Shown here: one piece after another, positions 53,776 through 64,000 of the stretch
Layout of the letters: each line of letters starts with the position of its first letter
How positions within the stretch are numbered: the stretch's first letter is position 1
Assembly: GCA_964016885.1 (NCBI GenBank)
Contig: CAXHJY010000519.1
Location: 1-64,000, forward strand
DNA length: 64,000 bases
Direction of reading: 5' to 3'
Source: Eledone cirrhosa
Taxonomy: Eukaryota
Notes under the pieces: model-generated
What the model was told of the DNA's origin: nothing
What the model saw: the letters and a program-made list of their open reading frames with translations, nothing else
The model's database searches: none
Made by a program: the position numbers and the translations under genes

Positions 53776-55239
53776 GATATATATGTATGTGTGTGTGTGT
53801 GTATAACATAAGAATCAATCCCAGTACTGAACTGGTATTTTTTTTTCTATCAAACTTGAAAGGATAAAAGGTAAAGTTGACCTCAGCAGGATTTGAACTT
53901 AGAGAGCCAGGACCAATACTGTAATGTATTCTATCCAGCACTGCAACAACTCGGCCAACTCACTGCAACAACTTGGCCAACTCACTGCAACAACTCGGCC
54001 AACTCACTGCAACAACTCGGTCAACTCACTGCATATTTATATCATATTATCTTAAATTTATTTTTCACTCTTTCAATTCACAGATTTTAAAGATATATTG
54101 TAATTAAATCTATTACAATTTAGCAAGCTATAAAACACTTAACTCCATAGCTACAACATTATCATCGTCTTCATTTAATGTTTGTTTGATTTGCTAGCAA
54201 GGGTTGATGGGTCATCACAGACTGTGTCAGTGCTTAAGTAGAGCTATAGACCTTCAGGTGGGATGGTGACCTGCATCACACTTACATTCCTGCACTCTAC
54301 TGGTTGCTCTAGTGAGACGGGGCCACATCTCGCTCACAAAATATTCCTATGTTCTACAGAGAGCATTTTATCTTGGCACTTGCAATAGGGGTGTAGTCAT
54401 GTTTTTGACACAACTGAAGTGTGTGTGTGTGTGTGTGTGTGTCCCAGCCCTTTGTTTGGCACACCAGGGTTTTCATTATCAATTGTTATTTATAAACTAC
54501 TTAAGATCATGCTCTGAATTCTTTCTCATTCTTCATCATCATCATCATCGTTTAACGTCCGCCTTCCACGCTTGCATGGGTTTGGACGGGAGTTTTCCCA
54601 CTTGAGGCAAGATTGGTTGTCTTGCTCGCATAGGACTGTCTGGCGGGTTTTCTACAGCTGGATGCCCTTCCTAACACCAACCACGTTTAGAGTGTGTACT
54701 GGGAGGTTTTTACCGTGTTACCTACACGGCCACATTACAGCGTGGACTGTGTGTTTTTTTTGTCGTGACACCTACACGACTTCATTTATTTCAGACTGGA
54801 TGTTGTGGTACCAACATAACTTCACATTTAAGGGGTTGATGTGGATGGGGTGGGGCTAGTAGGACGGGGGTGTATTTTGTTAGAGGTGCCTACTGACTGT
54901 AGGTTTCACTTTGTACTTAGGCAAGGCGGGTCTTCTGTATTACTGTGTAGTGCCAAAGATCTCGGTCCAGTGACATTGTCTTGGAGAGGTGTAAGTGTGT
55001 GAGGTCGGAATTTATCTTCAGTTTTAAACTAATTGAAATTGAAAAACAGTCTTTCTTTGTTACATTTCAAAATTATTTCAGTCAAATACAATTATTTATC
55101 GAAAAACAGAACTATACAATAATAAAAATATATTTTAAATAATAAACAGGTAGAGAGACGAAAGAAGTGTGGAAAGAAAAAACAGTTAAAGAAATAAGAA
55201 GAGAAATGGGGAAGACAAGGGACAAAATCTATACTTCAA

Positions 55240-55750
55240 TCTCAGCTGCATTTCATGGATATGGTGCCATGGAGACTAGCCAGCATCACCCACTGCATCA
55301 GCCATTTCATCACACATGGCTCCTTCCTTAGGTGGGATGTACTCTTCCCTATTTTGCTGAGGAAAACAGTGCAGTCTGGAGATCGTGGGTCCCAAAGTTG
55401 TCCACGAAAACTAACAGAACAAAGAAGTGATCAGTTTAAAATCTGAAATTTGGTTATCTTTTGCTCCTCTGCATTATGGGCAGCAGTGCCAGGAACTTTG
55501 GGGACCAAGATTATATGGTTGGCACTGGAGAATGTGTCACAGCATGTGGTAGCCCGAGTTAGTGATTTTTCACCCTCCTCAAATGAGAAAAGGGTTATCT
55601 TGTGTGAGCACTTGCTGCCATCACAATCAAGACTGACAGGCTCCAAATTGTGATAGTAAACTGATTACATTAAGGTTCCTTCTTATGAGGCTGTTCAAGA
55701 TGATGTACTAAGGTAACCGATGTATACTGCAGCAACAAGTGAATGGATGT
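55240..55750 (-). pseudogene. Degenerate RLE domain of a CRE-clade non-LTR retrotransposon
   Basis: LNSLIRRNL..LEPVSLDCDGSKCSHKITLFSFEEGEKSLTRATTCCDTF..PGTAAHNAEEQKITKF..FLSKIG resembles the CRE pattern LEP.GL.R.DG.RPDG.T...GK.L.WD.TC.DT...A...E..K..KY. Confidence 0.6.
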
Positions 55751-56162
55751 AATTAAAACTAGTTGATGATGCCTCAGTCAAATTAAACAACCATAAAAAA
55801 AAAACATTTATAATGAGATATTTCTTCTAGATATCTAATTATAAATGTTGTTTTTTATGGTTATCATGAGGTTGGTATTAGGAAGGGCATCCAGCTGTAG
55901 AAATCAAGCCAAAATCAGTTCCCGTATGAACAAGACAAGGACACTCGCCCTGGCATTGCCCACAACAGGACAACCTATTTAACCCATGCTAACATGGAAG
56001 AACGGACGTAAAACGACGACGATGATGATGATGATATCTCACGGAGGAAAAATTTATGAAAAAAGAAAGAAAAAAAAACAGAACATTTTTAAAAAAAAAA
56101 AAAAATTGAAATACAGAAAGGGAACATAATTAATAAAGATTATAAACCACATATATACTCAC

Positions 56163-56310
56163 CATTTTCTATTTGGTCCTATTTTATAAAGTAAAAGTTT
56201 AAGAAGCCAAGTATGGAGTAATATATGACACACGAAAAAGCAGGCGAAGAAATGACGAAATGCGATCTGCAAAAGTGTTTTATCCGAGCTAAAACGGAAG
56301 TGAAGCAAGA
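56163..56310 (-). CDS. Probable exon 1 of the calmodulin-like gene (5'UTR plus ATG only; coding part 56163-56165; 5' end approximate)
   Basis: Minus strand reads ...aaatagaaaATG|gtgagt, a consensus donor immediately after ATG, as in canonical calmodulin genes. It is preceded by a pyrimidine-rich, repeat-free, CpG-containing leader, and phase 0 matches exon 2. Confidence 0.6.
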
Positions 56311-56345
56311 TAACGTCAAAGCCTTTGAACTGTGACAAAATGAAT
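56290..56345 (-). promoter_or_regulatory. Candidate core promoter with ETS-type motif (CGGAAGTG at 56295-56302 on + strand)
   Basis: ETS/GABP-like motif and Inr-like TCACTT at the 5' edge of the candidate first exon; position is inference only. Confidence 0.35.
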
Positions 56346-56679
56346 AGGAAAAAGAAAGAAGATAATGAAAGTAAAAGTAAGGTGAAATAGAGTAGGTAGA
56401 TGGGTGGGCAGGTGGGTAGGAACGGGGGTGGGTAGGTGGTGTGGATTTAGGCGATCAAAATACATTCACCTGCTCAACATAAGTAGCGTAGTCATACACA
56501 TAGAATGATGTACTTGTTCATATTTAAGCCTACCTCAGGGTACACTTATGTAAATCTATATAAACCTTTTACACACACACACACACATATATATATGCAC
56601 ATGTACACTCACATATATACATGCACATACACACACAATGCACGCACATTGATATTCACTCACTTGCATATGCTGCTGC

Positions 56680-57672
<993 letters not shown>

Positions 57673-58675
57673 TTGTATGTGCAAACCCAAAAAATAAACA
57701 GCCGAGAGAGGAGGTGGTGGTTTGTCTGGGTCAAGATATATTTATTAGTAAAGAGTAAAGTCTTTCAAGTTTGTATATTGATTAGTGAGAAAAGATTTTC
57801 TTCCTCGTAAGTCTCTGAGATCTTTGCTATAGCGGGGAATGATAGAACCTGTTGTGAATGGAAGGGGAGGAAGTGACCAAGGTGAGAAAAGTGGCAAGAT
57901 TGAAAGTGAAAGAGAGACAAGACGAAAATTGAGAGGACCTGGGGGTGGGGGGAGAGAGAGAGAAAGAGAGAGTAGAATAGAAATGACCAAGATTGGATTA
58001 AATTTGGATTGGATTAAATCATCGTTGTCATCATCTCATCTTTATCGTCGTCCTCTTCATCTTTGTCATCATAATCATTAACAATATGGTGTACCACATG
58101 AAATTACATAGGCAAGATATTCTTAATAAGTACTTTACAAAAGCTGAATCGATAAAATCCCAGACCTCATTCACTTACAAGTGAAATGAAACTCATCAGA
58201 CTGAACCAAGGAAACAATGTTTCCATTGGTCTTTCCAATTGCTGATACTATCTACCAGTTGCAACACCTGACAGAAAGAGCAAGGTGAAATAAAGTGTCT
58301 TGCTGAAGGTCATAATGAATTGCTTGGCTCAGGAATTGAACTTGCAACCTCACGATTCTGAATCTAACTCTCTAAAGAGCTCTATAACTGCATGTTATTA
58401 GCAAACTAAAATCTTTACATTAGTTTACTGCAAATTTTCACAACGATCTGTCCATTAGTAAAGACACTATGTATATTTGAATTAACAGACACCAGCTCGA
58501 CAGCTTCGTCTCCTACACTAGTTCATTCCCCACTGCCATGGAGTTTCCTAACATAGCTGGCACATCTATTAGCTTCTTAGGTATTGTCAACAACTGTCAT
58601 CTACCCTTTCTCCTTCAACTACAAATTCACTGCTATCTCCATTATTCCTTCTTTCACACTAAATCTGCTATCCAT

Positions 58676-59042
58676 AACACCACCACCACCACCATCACCA
58701 CCACCACCATCACCATCACTACCACCACCATCACTACCACCACCATCACTACCACCACCACCATCAACAACAACAACTACACCACCACCATCACTACCAC
58801 CATCACTACCACCACCAGCAACAACAACTCTGCCACCACCAACAACTCCACCTTCACCACCACCACCACCACCACCACCATCACCACCATCACCACCATT
58901 ACCATCAACACCACCAGCAACAACAACTCCACCTTCACCACCACCTTCACCACCACCACCACCACCACCACCACCACCACCACCACCTCCACCACCATCA
59001 CCACCACCACCATCACCACCACCACCACCACAAACATCACCA
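58676..59042. repeat. (CAC)n low-complexity repeat
   Basis: Direct inspection. Confidence 0.9.
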
Positions 59043-59221
59043 CTATTCTCTCATACGTCGACTCAGGTGATGCTACAGCAGCATTTTAATTTCCTTTATA
59101 TCTAAAAAAAAAAATGCTGCTCTCTAGAATTGTGGGTACCCTCGAATTGACTGTGGATCTTGAACACCACTGGGCCCTCTGCATCAACTGTACCTCCAAT
59201 CTCTTACCCTTAATCTAAAGC

Positions 59222-59487
59222 TGTCTTGAGCATGGAGGCTCACCGGACTGGTGCTTATCCTGGTTTCTGTGGTGTTAAGTGACTGAGCATAGAAGAGTTT
59301 CCCCTGGACAAGACGCCAGTCCATCACAGGGTTAAACCCCCAGCTATTGCTGGTCCTCGTTTTAAGCTGAGTATACTGGAATAGTGTGAAATGAAGTGTT
59401 TTGCTCAAGAACACAACACACAACCTAGTTCAGGAATTGAACCCATAATATTATGATCGTAAGTATAGCACCCTTACTACTAGGCCG
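59222..59487 (-). mobile_element. tRNA-derived SINE with V/Meta-like domain
   Basis: gggttcaattcc B box; cttgagcaaaacact and ccctgtgatggactggcgtcttgtccagggg motifs. Confidence 0.6.
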
Positions 59488-60276
59488 GCCCCCACCCTAC
59501 CGCCAATTCTCACTACTAAATCTCTGCTATTTCCTGTAAGTCTCTTCTGTCTCTAAGTTCTTATAAACTAAAGACAAAGAAATGTTGTTTTGTCTTCTTT
59601 TCCTGAAGAACTTTGTCTAAAATGTCGGAAACTCCTATTTCAATGGCATGCAAACTTAAGAAATACACAAATGTAAACGAACACACCCAAACACACATGC
59701 ACACACTCCCCCATATACATACAAACATACATACACACACACATATGGACGCACATACTCACACACTCACAAACATACACACACAAACACACGCACAGAC
59801 ACATATATGCACAAACACACTCACACAGCTGCATGAATGTCTATTGATCTACAGAAACATAAGCATAGAATCACTCACAAGCACACAGTAATATACCATT
59901 CATTACACATACATAGGTGCAGACATAGCTGTGTGGTCAAGACCCTTCTTTTACAAACATATGGTTTTGGTTTACAGCTAACACATACACACATTTGTGT
60001 ATTATTCTATGTACTATACATACACCTTTGACGAGTTGTAGTGCACCTGAGCACTTTACACAATAATTTCATTATTATGTGTATATCATGACTCATGCAC
60101 TGTTCATTTTCCTGCTGTTTGTACATTACCCTATGTACTATACATACACTTTTTGATGAGTTGTAGTGCACCTGAGCACTGTACACAATATTTCATTATT
60201 ATCATTATTATTATAACCTCAAGTTGACCAATTCCTTCTGAGTGGAAGATGGAAGGTCATGAAATATCATCATTAA

Positions 60277-60660
60277 TTGGCAGTATTGGTAGAGGGTCAG
60301 ACATGCTTTCCAGCGTTGTTACGTCCCTTTACGATCTGAGTTCAAATCCCGCTGAGGTTAACTTTGCCTTTCATCCTTACGGGGTCGATAAAATAAAGTA
60401 CCAATAATTGTTTCTACTTGAGGCACAAGGCCAGCAAATTACCCAGTTCATTACTGGTACTTTATTTTATCGACCCCGTAAGGATGAAAGGCAAAGTTAA
60501 CCTCGGCGGGATTTGAACTCAGATCGTAAAGGGACGTAACTATGCTGGAAAGCATGGCGTCCGACCCTCTACCGATACTGCCAATCCACCGCCCTTATAA
60601 ATAAAGTACCAATAATACACTGGGTAATTGATGGCCTTGTGCCAAAAGTAGAAACAATTA
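60277..60660. mobile_element. Family A SINE (+) interrupted by an inverted family A SINE (-, 60405-60594)
   Basis: The plus copy resumes after the minus copy with aataaagtaccaata repeated on both sides. Confidence 0.8.
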
Positions 60661-60820
60661 TCATACATTCACTTTTCTATGCTTTCATGGGTTGGAGGTA
60701 TTCTCTCTTGCATATCTTCCTTCCTCTCATTGCATTCCTTTATCATCTCCCCTGTGTCTGTGAAGTTTAACATTTTAAGATTGAGAAATACAACTAACTT
60801 TTTCTATTAAGCTAGTGTTT

Positions 60821-61395
60821 GGAACATAACAAAACAAAGGTTCTCACATAAAATTATGATGGAAGATGTTTAGATAGATATAAACTCTTTAAAACAGTTT
60901 TGTATCGTAGAACCTGTGATGTTTTCAGGAATTTAGTAATACAACTGGAACATAACAAAACAAAGGTTCTCACATAAAATTATGATGGAAGATGTTTAGA
61001 TAGATATAAACTCTTTAAAACAGTTTTGTATCGTAGAACCTGTGATGTTTTCAGGAATTTAGTAATACAACTGGAACATAACAAAACAAAGGTTCTCACA
61101 TAAAATTATGATGGAAGATGTTTAGATAGATATAAACTCTTTAAAACAGTTTTGTATCGTAGAACCTGTGATGTTTTCGGAAATTTAGTAATACAACTGG
61201 AACATAACAAAACAAAGGTTCTCACATAAAATTATGATGGAAGATGTTTAGATAGATATAAACTCTTTAAAACAGTTTTGTATCATAGAACCTGTGATGT
61301 TTTCAGGAATTTAGTAATACAACTGGAACATAACAAAACAAAGGTTCTTACATAAAATCATGATGAAAGGATGTTAGACAAATATAAGCATTTTA
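60821..61395. repeat. 126-bp tandem repeat, ~4.5 near-identical copies
   Basis: ggaacataacaaaacaaaggttctc at 60821, 60947, 61073, 61199, 61325. Confidence 0.92.
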
Positions 61396-62314
61396 AAACA
61401 AATAAGTTGTTGTGCTAGTGACATGACAACAAAGCACCCAGTCCACTCTGTAAAGTGGTCATGCTGGTGAGACGACAAAAGGGCAACCTGTCAACCTTGT
61501 AAGGGGCCCGTTTTGTATTGTAGAACTAGGGACAGTTTCAGGTGGTTTGGTATCAAAAGGATTAATTACTCAGACAAGATAGCCACAGTTGGAATACCTT
61601 TCACCAGAATCACAACCATAAACATCAACAACAGCAATAATAATTGTTTCTACTTTTGGCACAAGGCCAGCAATTACCCCAGTGCATCACTGGTACTTTA
61701 TTTTACCAACCCCATAAGGATGAAAGGCAAAGTTAACTTCGGCGGGATTTGAACTCAAAACGCAAAGGGCCATAACTCTATGCTGACGCTCTACCGATAC
61801 TGCCAATCCACCGCCCTGGCAATAATAATGGTTTCTGATTTAGGCATAAGGCCAACGATTTGGGGCAAGTCAATTAACCTCTTCAGTGCCATAGACGAGA
61901 TAACTCATCCAAACATGCATACATTCCAATGCCTCAGATGAGATAACTCATCCTAACATCTTTGAACTCGTTTCCAACAGTTCATAACTTCAAAGTTATG
62001 AACTCGTTTCCAACAGTTCATAACTTCAAAGCTAGATGGGGTTACTAGTTTATTGATATGTTGTTTGTCTATCATTCAGATACATGTTGTTAATAAATGT
62101 TTGTTTAAAAAAAAATAGTCATTTTACATGCCACTAAGCATGTTGTCTGATGCTCTACCGATGCTGCCAAACAACATGTTTATCCATTCTTATAATACTC
62201 TGTAATAACTTATTAAACATTTGATGACTTCTTAATCTGTGATGGGATAACCACAATTGAAACACCCAGCCTTTGACCAGAGGATGATTGGCTAAACAAC
62301 AATTACAACACTGA

Positions 62315-63447
62315 CACCACCACCACCACCACCACCACCACAAAGACCACCAGCACAACCAACAACAACACCACTACCATAACCACCAACAACAACAACA
62401 CCCCCACCACCACCACCACCACCACTAACCCCCCCCCACACACTACCACCACTACCACCACCACAAACCACCATCACCACCACCACCAACACTACCATCA
62501 CCACCACCACCAACAGTAACAACACCATCACCACCACCCCACCCCACCCCACCACTACAACTATCACCACCACTACCATCACCACCACCACCACCACCAC
62601 CACCACCACCAACAACACCACCACCAACACCACCACCATCACTACCACCACTACCACCAACACCAACATCCCACCCACCAATACCACTATCACCACAACT
62701 ACCATCACCACCACCACCACTATCACCACCACCACCACCAACACCAACACCACCAACAACACCACCAACAACACCACCAACACCACTACCACCACCACCA
62801 ACACCAACACCAACACCACCAACACCACCACCACCACCACCACCACCCCTACCACTATCACCACCACCAACACCAACACCACCACCAACACCACCACCAC
62901 CACCACCCCTACCCCTATCACCACCACCACCACCAACACCACTATCACGACCACCACCACCAACAACACCACCACCACCAACACCAACAACACCACCAAC
63001 ACTACCACCACTACCACCAACACCAACATCCCACCCACCAATACCACTATCACCACAACTACCACCACCACCACCACCACCAACACCAACACCACCAACA
63101 ACACCACCAACACCACTACCACCACCACCACCACCACCAACACCAACACCAATACCCCCCCCCCCCCCCCCCCCACAACTACCACCACCACCACCACCAA
63201 CACCAACACCACCAACATCACCACCAACACCACTACCACCACCAGCACCACCAACACCAACACCAACACCACCAACACCAACACCACCACCACCACCAAC
63301 ACCACCCCCACCACTACAACCACCAACACCAACACCACCACCAACACCACCACCACCACCACCCCTACCACTATCACCACCACCACCACCCCTACCACTA
63401 TCACCACTATCACCACCACCACCGCCACCACCAACAACACCACCAAC
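62315..63447. repeat. (CAC/CAA)n low-complexity repeat
   Basis: Direct inspection. Confidence 0.95.
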
Positions 63448-63711
63448 TCTATCCATTCTTACGAGATACATTATTATTGCTAAACGTTTGGTGTCTTCTT
63501 AATCCGGATTGTATTTGAGAAAAAGTCATTCTTTTATTTTTTAATTTTTTAGTTAATCTGCCTCCTTGAAATTGTGTTAGGGTGGCTGAACTGCAGTGTG
63601 AGCCTTACATACCACTGACGCACTGCGGTAGATTTACACATGCCATCTATAGACATGTGTAGGCATGAATGCGTGTCTGTATGATGTGTATGTATGAATG
63701 TGGGTTTGAAC

Positions 63712-63742
<31 letters not shown>

Positions 63743-63844
63743 TGTGTGTATAGTATTTATAGGTAATATATATTATGTGCGCATATATGTATATGTGCCG
63801 GTATGGAAAATTTGATGTAAAAACAAAGATGATGATTATATCAC

Positions 63845-63875
<31 letters not shown>

Positions 63876-64000
63876 GTTTAATGTCCATTTTCCACGCTAG
63901 CATGGGTCTGGACGGGAATTGTCCCACTTGAGGCAAGATTGGTTGTCTTGCTCAGGACTGTCTGGCGGGTTTTCTACGGCTGGATGCCCTTCCTAACACC

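Noticed and set aside
62292-63471. Gly-, Val-, Pro- or Thr-rich ORFs (also 48020-48948, 58538-59105, 20507-21173, 25946-26299)
   Set aside because: Trinucleotide low-complexity repeats open in several frames; no splice or domain support.

Overview
AT-rich, repeat-dense eukaryotic (animal) genomic DNA. The SINE, MITE and microsatellite content strongly resembles coleoid cephalopod (Octopus-like) genomes; this is an inference. One host gene is evident: a divergent 149-aa calmodulin-like gene on the minus strand with the canonical calmodulin exon layout (ATG | 31 | 144 | 243 | 29 nt). Its coding exons are at 15412-15442, 8186-8329, 6107-6349 and 3824-3852, and the probable ATG-only first exon is about 41 kb upstream at 56163. 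Everything else is intronic or intergenic: tRNA-derived SINEs, an RTE LINE sharing their tail, TTAA piggyBac-like MITEs, remnants of Helitron, mariner, R4/Dong-like, CRE-like and L1/Tx1-like elements, TE-derived tandem arrays, microsatellites, and a series of Penelope-type hammerhead-ribozyme motifs and foldbacks. Most long ORFs in the supplied track are microsatellite artefacts. I see no clearly new multi-gene system. The strongest leads are the intronic hammerhead motifs, the divergent calmodulin, and the R4-like element with apparent (TACA)n target preference.
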